Positions 1 through 43,915 of a stretch of 64,000 bases of DNA are shown here, in pieces. Location: assembly GCF_009914755.1 (NCBI RefSeq), contig NC_060930.1. One strand, written 5' to 3'. The stretch comes from the human T2T-CHM13v2.0 reference genome, Homo sapiens. Each line of letters starts with the position of its first letter. Position 1 is the stretch's first letter. The notes under the pieces were generated by a model. The model worked only from the letters and a program-made list of their open reading frames with translations. It was not told where the DNA came from and searched no databases. The translations under genes were made by a program, and so were the position numbers.

Positions 1-536
1 ACCTACCCTCCCAGGCTCCCACCTCACAGTCCATACCTCTCTCTCCTTCAGAATCCAACATTTATCTTATGCAACAATTAGCGGGCAGAGCAAGCATTTG
101 ACAGGCACTCCATCAATTACCTACAAGGAATTAGCGCCTCTGGAATGTTAAGCATCATATTCTGAGAAATCCAAAAAAATCTAACCAAGTTTAAATTTTA
201 CACTGACCAATGCCAACAGAAACAGCTGGAGTATAATCAATAGGCTCAGTTATGGGCAATGATTTTTTGGCTCTGACTGCAAAAGCACAGGTGACAAAAG
301 CAAAAACAGACAAGTGGGATTACATCAAATTAAAAAGCTTCTGCATAGCAAAGGAAATAATTGACAAGGCAGAGTCAACCTAAAAAATATCTGCAAACCA
401 TACATCAGATAAGGGGTTAATACCCAAAGTATATAAGGAACTCAAAGAACTCAACAGCAAAAAAAAAAAAAAACAAAACACAAAGAACCTGATTTTAAAA
501 ATGGGTAAAGGACCTGAATTGACATTACTCTCTTGC

Positions 537-848
537 TTTTTTTTTTTTTTTTTCTTTTTTTGGAGACAAGGTCTCACTCTGTCACTCAGGGTGGATGCGG
601 TGGTACAATCAAGGCTCACAGCAGCCTCCCAGTCTCAAGCAATCCTCCCACCTTAGCCTCTCAAGTAGCTGGGACAACAGGTACGTGCCACCACACCCAG
701 CTAGTTGGTTTTAAAAAATAAAAATTGTTGTAGAGACAGGATCTTGCTTTGTTGCCCAGGCTGGTCTTGAACTCCTGGGCTCAAACGATCCTCCTTCCTT
801 GGACTCTCAAAGCACTACAATTACAGGCATGAGCCCCTGCAGCCAGCC
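537..848 (-). mobile_element. AluJ-like
   Basis: Diverged antisense Alu dimer with poly-T. Confidence 0.85.
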
Positions 849-1302
849 CCGAATAGACATTTCTCAAAAGGAGATATACAAATGGCCAACAGAGATATGA
901 AAAAATGTTCAGTGTCACTAATCATCAGGGAAATGCAAATCAAAGCCACAGTAAGATGACAGCTGGCACCTGTTGGAATGGCTACTATCAAAACACAAAA
1001 GGTAAGTGGTGATAAGGATGTGGAGATGTAGAAATCCTAGCACACGGCTGGTGGGAATGTAAATTAGTGGTGCCATTATGGAAAACACTACGGAGGTTTC
1101 CTGAAAAATTAAAAAGCAGCCTCACTACTGGATACACGTCTAAAGGAAATGAGATCAGTATGCTGAGGAGATATCTGCACCCTCATGTTCACTGCAGCAT
1201 TTTTCAAAACAGCCCAGCCATCAACAGATGAATGGATAAGGAAAATGTGGTGTATATACACAAGGGAATGCTATTCACCCTTAAAAAAAGAAGGAAATGC
1301 TC

Positions 1303-1618
<316 letters not shown>

Positions 1619-1907
1619 AAATCCTATCATGTGTGACAAGAGGGATGAACCTGGAGGACACTGTGTTAAGTGAAATAAGCCAGGCACATGTAGACAAATG
1701 CCACATGATCTCACTTATATGTGGAATCTAAAAAAAAAAAAATTGAACTCTTAGAAACAGAGAGTAGAATGGTGGCTGCCAGAGGTTAGAAGGAAGGGGA
1801 TTGGGGAATCCTGGTCAAAGGGTACAAAGTTTCAGTTAGCCAGGAAGAATAAGCTCAAGAGATCTATTGTATAGCACGGTGACTATAGTTAATAAAAATG
1901 CATTGGT

Positions 1908-2239
<332 letters not shown>

Positions 2240-2489
2240 CTATAACACTTGTAGATTTTAAGTGTTCTTGCCACAAATAAATGATAAGTATGTGAGGTAA
2301 TAAACGTATTAATGAGCTTGATTTAGCCATTCCAAAATGTAAACACATTTCAAAACATTGTGTTGTACAATATAAATAGATACAATTTGTATCTGTCAAT
2401 TAAAAAGTGAATTTTAAAATATGTTTGGTCATTATTTATAAACTGATTGTAATTATGTTCCCCTCTTGCCCTACCTTTATTACTGTGAG

Positions 2490-2805
2490 TTTTTGTTTGT
2501 TGGTTGGTTTTTGTTTTCGTTCTGAGACAGGGTCTCACTCTGTCATCCAGGCTGAAGTGTAGTGCCGCGATCTCAGCTCACTGCAACCTCTGCCTCCTGG
2601 GTTCAAGCAACTCTTCTGCCTCAGCCTCCTGAGTAGCTGGGATTACAGGCACAGGCCACCACGCTCAACTACTTTTTGTATTTTTAGTAGAGATGGGGTT
2701 TTGCCACGTTGGCCAGGCTGGTCTCAAACTCCTAACCTCAAGTGATCCACCCACCTCAGCTTCCCAAGATGCTGGGATTACCGGCGTGAGCCACCACACT
2801 CGGCC
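2490..2805 (-). mobile_element. AluS
   Basis: Antisense Alu dimer. Confidence 0.9.
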
Positions 2806-3029
2806 TCTCAGTTATTTATTTTTAACCTCTCTTCTGTGACACCTACAATGTCTCCAGTACCTTGTCTCACAAAGTTTCAAAGTTGATGGTTTAAGACTAC
2901 TGTTCTTCCATAGGAAGACATACAATAACATCAAAAATAGTCACAAATAAACCATAATCTCAATCTTATAAAAGGGCATTATAAGGTTATTGCTTTTCAT
3001 TCTTGCTTTATGAAATAAGCACTAAGGAC

Positions 3030-3246
3030 CAATGGCATAACAAGGAGTGTGACCAGTGAGTGTGATCCACCCAGGTGTCGGCAATAAGAGGGTATATCGT
3101 TTGAAAGGAATTTAAATAAAACTCAGTCAGTCTTCTATTATCAGCGCAGATTGGCAATACTACATAATGTCTAAATAATGGTGTGATACTGTCCCCATGG
3201 GGTGGGCTGCACTCACCGCCCCCAACCCTCCCCTGGTAAAGCGCTG
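3030..3246. mobile_element. hAT-Tip100 family MITE (MER97-like)
   Basis: Degenerate terminal inverted repeats caatggcataacaagg ... cctggtaaagcgctg; interior resembles recalled MER97. Confidence 0.55.
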
Positions 3247-3339
3247 CTGATGACTCAACCTCATGTGGTCTCTCCAGGATTAGTGTTCAAACTGTATACA
3301 GTTATGTAGGTATGTGTTTGAAATGAGAGAGGAGAAGGA

Positions 3340-3825
<486 letters not shown>

Positions 3826-3922
3826 GTTCCATGTAGATCTAGAATTCATATTTTCACATAGGCAGGAGTATAGGATAATTACATACAAACTCCTGAAACC
3901 AATCAATCACCTTCAAATTTTA

Positions 3923-31770
<27,848 letters not shown>

Positions 31771-32049
31771 TCAGAAGTCCCATTATTGCCATTTTGTTCC
31801 TTTACCCACCCCCCGCAAACTGCCCACATGTCACATCAATCTCAGCAATCAACAATTATGATGCCACTATCTGGTTATCTATGTGAGGCCTATTGCACCT
31901 GATGGGCACTTTTGCATGACATGTCAAACAGGTTTTCAAGGGCAGCTTAACATTCTCAAGTGATCCAACAGAATTTTATGATAGTTACCTTCTCATTCCC
32001 TGTAAACTAAAGGAATAAACACCAAACCCCTGTTGACTTAAAACGCTAA

Positions 32050-32572
32050 TTATCTAGACCAGACATGCTGTCTGTTTGCTAAGCAACCCTTCTTTTGGGA
32101 CATCATCCCTCCCATCCCACGTAATCCCAGGGAGCTTGCCAGTCAAGACGCCTTGCCACAGTGGGTGGCACATGGCCAGGTCTCCCGTAGTGCTCTATAC
32201 ACCAGCCAGTCACAGGTTTAGGGATGGACATGTGACTCAAGCAGAACCAATCAGAATCTTCCTTGATATTTGATATATGGACACAAGAACTGAGAAGCTC
32301 TTTCTTACTTTCCAATCAGAAGTCAAAAGATAAACCTTGGCAATGCTGGCAGTCATTTTTCTCATCAGTTTTCTGAGAATAAATCCATTTGAGAAAGAGA
32401 GAGAGAAAATGCCCCCAATAATATCCTATATGACCCTGGATCTAACCTTGCTTAATAAAGATACTTCTAGCCCTAGAATATTTCACTTAAGTTTAAATAA
32501 GTTTTCTTTTTAGATTAAGCTTGTTTGTGTCGAATCTCTGTCCCTTGCAACTGAAAAAGTTCTGATAAATAC
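32050..32572. mobile_element. Old MLT1-type LTR
   Basis: ggtttagggatggacatgtgactcaagcagaaccaatcagaatc...ttaagcttgttt...ctgtcccttgcaactgaaaaagttctgataaataca. Confidence 0.7.
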
Positions 32573-34088
32573 AGACTCTAAAGGAGACAGGTATCAGCAG
32601 TGGTACCACATAGAAAGGCATGGTAAATGGGTTCGCTTAACGGGAATTTTTCCAGGTCAAACACTATGGCCAAAAGTGCCGTATTTTAATGCTTGTATAT
32701 AATGACTAAAACGAGTAAGCCAAATAGAACTTGAGAATTCTTATTCCTGTACAGAGAACTTGTTTTAATAATTTTACTGGAATAACATTTTACCCTGAAT
32801 CAATTGATCTATTGAAGCCTAATAATAAAAGTCACCTTAGTGTTTTAAAAGACTTAGTGATTTAAAAGTGTTTTAAAAGTTATATAAACTCAATCCTAAC
32901 ACAAAGAGTGAACACTCAATTTAACGGGAAAAGTATGTAGAAAGCATGCTGCTGCCCCTCCCCACCAAACGCACGCACAGACACACGCACACGCGCACAC
33001 TCGTGCACACACGCACACGCACACACACATTTATTTCATTTAATCCTCACAAAACCTGTGTCAGTGGGTATTTCTCTGAGCTAGAAAAGGCCCAGCACTT
33101 ACTTTTTGTAATACTAAAGTCTATGGATATTAAAATCTGATGTGTGAGGCTAAACTACATCTCTGCCCTACAAATGTTCACCATTTGCCTCCTAATAAGA
33201 TACAGGAAGAAGAGTAGTTTTCTGATAACCATTTGGGGCTATTAAATATAGGAAGAGGAAGTAATAAAAAAAACTATGGTAACCATTTGGAACCCAACTC
33301 ATCCTCCCTGAAATGACATCTGTCTAGCCCAGGGGCTAGACATTACGCAGCAAGTGAGGCTGGGGATATTGATATAAACCCAGCTCCGCTCTGACAGCCT
33401 TGAGCTACAGGTGGCCTTCGTGGCACGCGAGTCAGGCAGGCAGTGGAGGCCAGGCAAGTCGACAGGTGTTGAGACCAACACCCTACCTGGGCTGCAAATG
33501 CAACCTCAGCACCAGGACACTCAGAGTCAATCGTCTGCGGGGGAGGCAGTATCTATCTGTAGCAGGCAACCATGACAAGGGACAAGATTGAAGGACAGCC
33601 TCCTAACTATTTTGTTGATGAAAGAATTAAGGCTCACGGAGGATACATAACCTGTCCACAGTCATACAGCTGGTCAGATGCCAAGAGAAGGGCTGATGCA
33701 CCCATCATCAAGGGTCTGTTGGACACAGCCTCGCTCTTCTGCATTTTCTCGCAAACATGAGATTATAACCCAGGATTATAAAAATTCTTCTCCAACAACT
33801 TCTTAAATCAGCAGTAAGGTCTAACTACAAGACAGTTATTAAAATAGAATTACAGAATCTTAGAGGCACTTAAAAGGCATTTCAGATCTCACTGAGTACA
33901 AAAAATTGAGAAAGCACAGACAAAACAGAAATTACTGTGAAGTTTACCCAGAATCACTAAGCCTGATCATGATTTTCTCTTCTCTCCTGGGACGCTGTCT
34001 TCCCTAGTCTACTTTTAAGCTTTAAAAAGAATTTTTTGTTTTAATTCGTCATACAAGTTTAGGACAACTATGTTATACATTTCAAGCC

Positions 34089-34451
34089 TGTTATGGCTAA
34101 ACTGTGTCCCCACAAAATTCATATGTTACAGTCCCTGGAATGTATTTGGAGAGAGAATCCCTAAAGAAGGAATTAAGTTCAAATGACATCGTTAAGGTGG
34201 GCTCAATCCATATGACTCGTGTCCTTATTAGAAGAGGAGATAACGACACAGACACACACAGAAGAAAGATACGTGAAGACACGGAAAAGACGGTCATTGT
34301 AAACCAAGGAGAGAGGCCTCAGAAGAAACCTACCCTGCTGACACCTCGATCTCAGACTTCTAGCCTCCAAAATGGTTATGAGATAAATTTCTGTTGTTCC
34401 GGCCTCCCAGTCTATGGAACTTTGTTATGGCAGCCGAAGCAACATAATACA
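34089..34451 (+). mobile_element. MLT1B-like solo LTR (ERVL-MaLR)
   Basis: TG...CA termini; gtgtccttattagaagagga; ccctgctgacacctcgatctcagacttctagcctcca; tttgttatggcagcc. Confidence 0.88.
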
Positions 34452-35538
34452 AATATAATAACATTTCCTTTCATATTAATCCACACGTGATGGACTGTCT
34501 TAAACAAGGCCCAGTCAGGTGATGTTTACTGTGCTGAACAAGCTCACTGCTCATAATACAAAGCATTAACACTGAGAGATTCACATTCGTTTTCATGTAC
34601 AGCATAAATCAGTTCATTAAAACTAAAGTGAAAAAGTATATTGGATGTTCCTTAAGCTTCATTCCTGAATGCTAAGGAGAAACATAAAGATGAGGCCAGA
34701 TCATTTCTCTTTTAACGAACCGAAAAATTCACAGAAGGAGTAGGATTTCAGAAGTAGCTTTAGAACAGTAAGGAAATGTTTGGAGCACTGAAAAGGTTGA
34801 GATGGGAGGAATGGTGAGAGTTCTAGACAGTATGCAGGCAACAAATGATTAGAGATTGAGAATTGAAGAATACAGAGCATTTCTCTGAGAAACTAACCAG
34901 AATCTCCTTGAGGATTATGAGAGAATAGAAGCATTGTAACCTCAAATAATCACAAGTTCCCTGAGATGTAGAATTATCAAGCAGAAAAATCACGTTACTG
35001 CCCACATAAGAATAGAATGTATTGTAGCCTGAAGACTTTGTCCTCAAGGCACACATATATTGAATATGCTAGGTTTTAAATAGTGTCACCCCCCAGAGTT
35101 TTATTATTCCAATACATTATGACCTATTGTTCGGCAGTCCTATTGTTTAGAATACAATTAAACATTTATAAACAGCTAAATTAAACTATTACGCAGTCCC
35201 ACAAAGGAGGGAAAAGCCTCAATTTCTAGTAAACTGATCTAACAGTCTTAGAATTTGCAATAAACCATATTCTTTTACTTATTTGTCAGATGGATCTATC
35301 TGCCAGTTTCTTGCTTCAAGCAATTTACAGAAAGTCTAGCAGGACCAAGAGAAACACACAATTCAGTAAAATTAGATTAAACACATTCCATTTATACAAA
35401 TTAAACACGTAATTAAATGTGAAGGAAAAAGAGAAGAAATTCTCACAGAAAGGGAGCCACAGGGCCCAGACCTACTCTACTGTCATGAAATCTGGCTGCA
35501 TATAATCCTAAACCTTCAAGGAAATCCCAAATGCAAGA

Positions 35539-35543
<5 letters not shown>

Positions 35544-35587
<44 letters not shown>

Positions 35588-35591
35588 AGAG
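35544..35591. repeat. (CA)n-(GA)n microsatellite
   Basis: About 20 CA units followed by a short GA run. Confidence 0.95.
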
Positions 35592-35851
35592 ATAAGAGCC
35601 CGCAATCCAATACCAGTCTCCCTTCTTACTGACCCGGAAACCTGGGGCAAGTTACTCAGCTGTCTCATTTGTAAAATGAGAATACTAATACTACCCACTA
35701 CATAGAACTGTAATGAAAATTTAATGTTAATGTTTATAAAGAACTTAAAACACCATGGAACACACAGTAAATACTCTGTAAATTTAGTTAAATTTTAAAA
35801 TGTGATTTATTCAGGTCCTCAATTTTCTAAATGTTCAGAATAAAAGTTGCT

Positions 35852-36267
35852 GGCTGGGCATGCTGGCTTACTCCTATAATTCTAGCACTTTGGGAGGCCA
35901 AGGCAAAAGGACTGCTTGAGGCCAGAAGTTTGAGACCAGCCTGGACAACATAGCAAGACCCCATCTCTATTAACAGAAAAAATTTGTTGTTTGTTTGTTT
36001 GAGACAGGGTCTCACTGCAGCATAGCAGCACGATCATAGCTCACTGCAGCCTTGAATACCTGGGCTCAAGTGATGATCCTGCCTTAGCCTCCCAAGTAGC
36101 TGGGACTACAGGTGTGTGCCACCACACCCAACTAATTTTTCATTTTTTTGTAGAAACGAGGTCTCCCTATGTTGCCCAGGCTGGTCTTGAACTCCTGGGC
36201 TCAAGCTGTTCTCCTGCCTTAGCCTCCCAAAGTGCTAGGATTACAAGTGTGAGCCACTATACCTGGC
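35852..36267. mobile_element. Tail-to-tail pair: Alu left monomer (+, 35852-35975) and AluJ (-, about 35983-36267)
   Basis: Opposite orientations with almost no spacer. Confidence 0.85.
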
Positions 36268-36457
36268 AGAAAAAAAAATAATAATAATAAAATTTTTGAA
36301 AGAGAATAAAAGTTGCTAAAGAGACACAGAAACTCCCAAATGCTTAGATGGCTATGTTATTACCTTTCCCAGAACGTGTTCCCAAATGTGAGAGCCTGCA
36401 ATCATCATTGGTTTCACCTAAAAAATTTTTATGATTTATATCAGAACGTAAGCATCA

Positions 36458-36781
<324 letters not shown>

Positions 36782-36889
36782 TCACTACTTCCTCCACTGG
36801 TGTGGAGAACATTGCTGGTGTTCAATAAATATTTGTAAAATAAACACATGAGGCAAGAAGAAAGACAAAGAGCTCCACATAAATATTAA

Positions 36890-37189
<300 letters not shown>

Positions 37190-37829
37190 TAAGCAACTAA
37201 ACTATTGATTGTGATATCAGTTACAGATATTTGCTGCACATTTCAACATTTCAAGATTAAAGGAGGTCATTTCTGCACAAAGAGAAATATCATAAACAAA
37301 ATAAAACTCCAAGCCTCTCAGTATCGTCTTTGACAAGATACCTGCCTTGTACTAAGAATTTTTATTAATTAATTAATCTCCCCTAAGTGTAGAAAGGATT
37401 ATATACATGAAGACTAAGAAGTTAGAGTAAATGCCCCAATGCAAAAAAAAACAAACAAAAAACAAAACAACAACAACAAAAAACTATGGCTATTCTCATT
37501 TTCTGTAAAAGAGTAAAATCAGATGATGAACTAGGTCCCAGAAAGCAAATGGTCATCATGACCACTTTAGTGGAAAGTGTCCCACAGACCACACCTTCTG
37601 TGGCTTTGCTTCCAGCTTAGCAAGCTCAAGTTGGCAGAAGCTACAATTCTTCAAATACAGGAGCCCAGAGTGGTTCTTCCAATGTTTTGCATTGAGTACT
37701 CTCACCTGAGTTGGGTTTTGTGCTTTCAGGTTGTTTTTTGTTTTCTGGGTTTTTGTTTTGTTTTGTTTTGTTTTTTTAATGATTAAATTCAGAAATCAGT
37801 TTAGCTAAAGCTTGTAGACTCTCATCTCA

Positions 37830-38179
<350 letters not shown>

Positions 38180-38862
38180 GTGACATGTGATGCAAAAATT
38201 TGCTCCAACAGGATTTTGGTAGACTATGCTCTTCCACGAGGAGAATCATCACAGACTCACACAAATTCAATTTAATTCAACAAACTTTAGGAAGCAACTA
38301 CTATATGTAAGATACTCTCTACTGGAAATCGACCTCCATTACAAAGGAGACGGGGTTCAGGGGTAGGTCAGCTTATTATTATCTGAACCAGAGGGACGGA
38401 AACAGGATTTGGGGGGTACATTTACACCTGACCACAATATTCTCAGAATTCCCAATACTTTGAAAAACATTAAATGGTAAAGACCTGACATCAAAGCTCC
38501 TTAGCCTTCCCGACTTACTGACACCACTGGCCAGTATATTATAACTTCCCCCAAACATGACATGTTGCTAAGAACAAAAAGACAGCTTTCAAACAGAAGC
38601 GTGACATGTTTTGGCTTCTATGTGAGCGTAGTATGATTAATGGAGGGAGCAAGGCTGATGTCAGGGCATGCCAAAAGCCAGAAAGGTGGTCTACTGGTAG
38701 GCCTCCGAGTGCCCTTTCGTGAGATGAGTCACCCAGTTACATCACTTGGAAATGCCTTTCTTCTGTCGCTCGTTTTGTTGATGTCTGTAGGCCTTAATTT
38801 TCAGGACTAGTTGATAAAGAGTTGATTTAAATATAGCAATTTGAGGTTGTTCAATAATACTA

Positions 38863-39069
<207 letters not shown>

Positions 39070-39416
39070 TCATTTGTCTCTGCAGAGTATCCCTTCACCA
39101 TGTCCCCTTCTGCTCGTGGTCACTGTCACAGCTGAACTTATGTCTTGCCCGGATTTCTGCAATAACCTAGAAAGTGGTGGCCATGCTCACTCCCTTCTTC
39201 CTCTTAATTCATCCTCTATCATTCCATCTGAGCAAAACCATCCTGTCCTTTACAGATCCCAGTCCATTAGCTCAACACAGCATCTCAAGTCCTTTGGGAC
39301 CCGTCCTCTTCCAAACCTCCCTGCAGTCCCATCATCCTGTAACTCACCCTACTGGTGAGGACACAGTAAGCACCTGTTCTGCTGAGTTTCTCCAAAAGTA
39401 ACAAAAATGTCACGCA

Positions 39417-39620
39417 CAGGTTGGCAAAAACAGCACCCAGGCCAAATCCTGCCAGCTGCCTGTTTCTGCAAACAAAGTCTGAATGGAACACGGCCATGAC
39501 TCCTTGGTTTACAGATTGCCTCTGGCTGCTTTTGTACTACAATGGCAGAGTTGAATAGCTGTGATAGAGACGTATGGCTCTCCCACAGAGCCTAAAATAT
39601 TTACTACCTGGCCCAGGTTT
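39417..39620. mobile_element. MER58-like element
   Basis: caggttggcaaa...ggccaaatcctgcc...aatggcagagttgaatagctgtga...gcctaaaatatttactacctggccc. Confidence 0.75.
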
Positions 39621-40488
39621 ACAGGCCCTTGGTATAACTGACAGCAGCGATGAGTACAGAGTGATGATGACCTCTGCCGACCAGAAAAATAGACTCCACC
39701 AGTCTAGTCTGGAATTAAGGGAATGTGAGTTTTTCTTTTTTTGTTGTATTTTTTAAGGAATCATTTCATACAGTTACACTGAATTTAAAACCATAGAAAA
39801 TGCTCCCCCCTCCCCTAATGAAAGACCTGAATGTTTTAGGAGGTTCCTTACAACTTTTGAGCCACTTTATTATTTTCTTTTTGTCAGTTCTCTTGAGGCA
39901 TAATTTATAGACATTAAAAGTCACCAATTTCCAGGGTACAACTCAGTGAGCTTGGACAAACAGGCAGTCATTCAACCACACTACAATCATGATAGAAACA
40001 TTCCTATCACCCCCAAAAAAAGTTCCCTCGGGCCCCTTTGCTGCCTACTCCCTCCCTACAGCCCCGTCCCCAGCTGCCACTAATCTGATTTCTACCTAAA
40101 TGAGCCCAATTTCTCCTCCTGGCTGTACTCCCTGTCCTGCCCCAGTAACACTGGCTAACTCACTTAGTTCTGGTTCTCAGGCTTCCCATCAGTGGATTAG
40201 CAGGCTTCCATTAGAACTGACACCCACGCACACTACTAATTGCAGCTCTGATTTTATCAGTCATCCTTCGAGGTTTGTGGTTAAATTTAATTTGAAGAAC
40301 GGGGACCATGATGAAACATAATGTCTGAAAACTGGATTGGAAAGCTGCCGTGCTTCTTTCAGGTCTAAAGATCCATAGTTCCAACATATGTTTGAGCTAC
40401 TCAGAAGTTACCTTTACTTACAAGAGCAGAGAATGAAAAAGGAAATAAGCTGCCCAGAAACTTAAGTCCTAAATATCCTCAAAGCTAC

Positions 40489-40612
40489 AAAAGAAAGAAA
40501 AAGAAAGAAAGAAGAAAAAAAGAAAGAGAAAGAAGAAAAAGAAAGAGAGAAAGAAAGAAAGAGAAGAAAAAGAGAGAGAAAGAAAGAAAGAAAGAAAGGA
40601 AAGAAAGAAAGA
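40489..40612. repeat. Purine-only (GAAA/GA) simple repeat
   Basis: About 120 nt of A and G only. Confidence 0.95.
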
Positions 40613-42929
40613 CTAGCAAATGAATGAACTTGGTCTTGAAAAAAACCATATAAAGACGATGCATGTAAGTCGGGTTTTGACCCTGATCAGAGCTGTGAGC
40701 TGGAACTGCTGCTCCCTTGGAAGCAGGGGCCCTGTGAAATCCAAACACATAATAAAGATCCAGCCACCAAGAACCCTGGGAAGCCCAACTTACAACCAGC
40801 AAAGTTCTTTCACTTTGTTTCTGAAATGGAATGACTGATTTTGAGGATAAGGGACACCCCACTGGCCATTTTTTGGGGTACCAAGCTGAAAGAACAGTAA
40901 TGCAGAAGAGAAAATAAAAGTTTAGACTCTTACCCATTTGGGAAAAGCTGATCCACACATTGCTGAAGAGCTACCAAATACGTAGTAATGAGCCCACAGC
41001 TTCAATTTCTTACAAAAGGCAAAAACAGGTGGAATGGAAGGACAGTCAACCCTAAAGCGCTTTCTTGTTCCCAAAGCAAACTCAACTTTCTTGTTAGTAA
41101 CCAATGTTCTCTAAGACTTAGGTCACCCTGAAGACATCGGAAGACGTAACCAACGAACAACCACACTTTGAGTTTCACAACATAAGTAGAAGACATATTA
41201 TTTAAACAAAATTTGGAACTAGCAAACACATCCATGCCAGGATAATTTAAGAAAGTAAAAATAGAAGGAATACCTTAGCTCAAGGATTCAAGTTAACCAG
41301 AAAACAACAGTCAGACGGGCTGCCCTCATTTGAGGTTTCTGAATGGGTAAGTAATGTGTCCCAGCTGAAAACTTTAACCAGGAACCTCTGGCTCTCAAGT
41401 TGTAGGGCTCCCAAGCCTACGCTGCCTCAACCCCAACCCCAACAGATTCTGTACAACTTCTGACCACTGTGAAATGGACCCAGCCTGCCCCCACCCCCTC
41501 CTGGGACCCTGAGCTGCTGAAAAAAGTCTAGCCATGGAGGGAGAAGCACCCAGAGCAGGGACAGGCGAAAGAACAGAAGTTGGTATTATCTGAAAGGATT
41601 TTTGGAGGGAGAAGTTTATGCTGATCTAAATCACAAAAAAAGAACCGACATGCAAATCTTAAGTCAACTGAAGAGATCATCAGAATTCAGAATATAATGG
41701 CAGCCCTCAATATTCTCCTTTGAGTCCTCCTTCTTTGCTCCTCCCTCAAAAAACAATGTATGAGGAGCTTGAAAGATAATACTGAGGGCAGGGAAGAAAC
41801 ACAACATTGACTTATATGTTTGAAGGTGTGTGTGCGTGCATGTGTGTGTAAAAGCATATACCTATATCTCACAGCAGACATTAAAAATGCAAAATGAGAG
41901 ATTCTAAAGACAAAAACACAACTGTGGGGATGAACACAAAACCTACGCAATACTCTGGTAAACATGTACTTTCCAAGGTTGTTTGTTGTAATTCAGTAAC
42001 CACACCATTGTATCCAATTTTGTAACAGACCTTGGACCAAACAAGGGGAGGGGAGGGGAAGAGAGAAGCCACATATGAAACAGAAGAAAGGAATGCATTT
42101 TACCCAGGAAGCTGTACTTTTTGCCTCCTCTAGTGCAGCCTACTTTGCCAAAACCGTAAATTCGATTTGGTCTAAAAACCAAACACCGGCAAAACTATCC
42201 TCAGTTCATGCTTACGCTGAATGAAGGGTAGAATTAACTAGCTCCCCTGCCACACAGCAAGTTTATGTTTTTAGCACGGGGGAGAACCAACTCGGCACAG
42301 AGACATGCAGTGGCCGCGACAGCTGCACCCATTGCTTGAGTGTCAAGTTGGGCGAGTTCTACCGTATGGAGGTGAGCACATCCATCACTTCTGCTCCACC
42401 TGAGCCGTCAGGATTTCCATGGAAAAACCATTCAGCCAACCCTCTCCCAACACTGCCATCATCATTTCAAAGTGCGTGGTCCAAACAGCCAGGTCTTGTA
42501 TTAAATTAAAACCCCGCATGAATAGGGGGCGGCTTGATTTACAAAGTTCCCACCCACACAGTGGCTCATGGATCCCTGCAGTGACCCCACGGAGGGTGCT
42601 GGCCGGGTTATCATCATCTCCAGTTTATTGGTAAGGAAAGCAAATCCCAGAGACTATCAGGAAAAAGGCAAAGCTAAGACAGAACCCGGACCTCAACTGG
42701 GCACCTAGATCCTTGTGGGGTCTGAGGTGGTCAATGAAGAAATAAGTGGAGGGGAAGACAGTTAAGTACGTTAATGTGCAGAGTCCATTACTGAGTACTT
42801 ACTATGTTTTTGGCACCACGGGATGCATTGTGGAAATGGCATAATTTATAGTTGCTGTTCAAGTAGCTGAAGATTAAACAATTGTAAAATAAGCAAGAAG
42901 AAGCTCTGCACCAACTATACAGGCCAGGA

Positions 42930-43170
42930 GAAACAGTATGGCCTGTGGAGCCAGAAGGCCTGGATTCAGCTCTACCACTTCCCAGCTGTGTGACCTTGTG
43001 CAAATTACTTAACCTCTCTGTGCCTCACTTTCCTCATCTACAAAATGGAGAGGACAGCAGTCCCTATACCTCATGGGATTAACTGGATGATTAAATGTGT
43101 TAAAATGTGTAAATGAGTTAATATTCTTAAAGCACTTACAAAAATTACCAGGTATATAGTAAGCGCTATT
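42930..43170 (+). mobile_element. MIR
   Basis: ctggattcagctctaccacttcccagctgtgtgaccttg...ttaacctctctgtgcctcactttcctcatct. Confidence 0.85.
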
Positions 43171-43502
43171 ATTTAAAAAATAAAAGAAACTGGGGCTCAG
43201 CTTATAAGTAACTGGCCTAAAGTCACACAACCAATAATAGGCAGAGTCAGGATTTAAAGCCATTTCCCAGAATTGTGAAAGGAGAGCATGAACCCAGCAT
43301 GGGCTTGCGAGATTTGGAGGTTTGATGGCAGGAATCTCATATTATCCGCAACCGATGCCTTTTACTTCCTGAAGTGGCAGGAGTTGGAGGCAGGAAGGGG
43401 TGCTCCAATACAAGGAGGCTGGAAAAGGGCCGAAACGGCTGGGGACAGCCGCCTGGGACAATGGAGCAGGTTTGCCAGGCAGCATTAAAGTCTTTCTAAA
43501 AT

Positions 43503-43915
43503 GTTTTAATAGCAGCTTTATTGAGACATAATACATATACCATACAATTCGCCTATTTAAAGTAAACAATTCAGCGGGTTTTAGAATATCCACAGAGCTG
43601 TGCAACCCTAACCACAATCAATTTTAGAATTTTTAACACCCCCTCACCAAAGAAAATTCTGTACCCATTAGAAGTCCCTCCCCCCGAAATTATACAATAA
43701 CGTTGTATAAGTTCCCCCCACCCTGTCAGTATTCTTTCCGGTGAACCTGTCTGACCCTCAACCCTAAGCAACTACTAGTCTACTTTCTGTCTCTATGGAT
43801 TTGCCTGGATGTTTCACATAATGGATCCTGCACATTTCACATAAACAGAATCATACAGTATGTGGTTTTGTGTGATTGGCTTCTTTCACTTAGTATCAAG
43901 TTTTTGAGGTTCCTT
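43503..43915 (-). mobile_element. L1MB-like 3' end
   Basis: cagctttattgagacataat...tgtgcaacc...ctactttctgtctctatggatttgcc...ggcttctttcacttag. Confidence 0.82.

Noticed and set aside
40485-40958. 157-aa ORF with an F/L/S-rich tail
   Set aside because: The tail is the translated GA-rich simple repeat.
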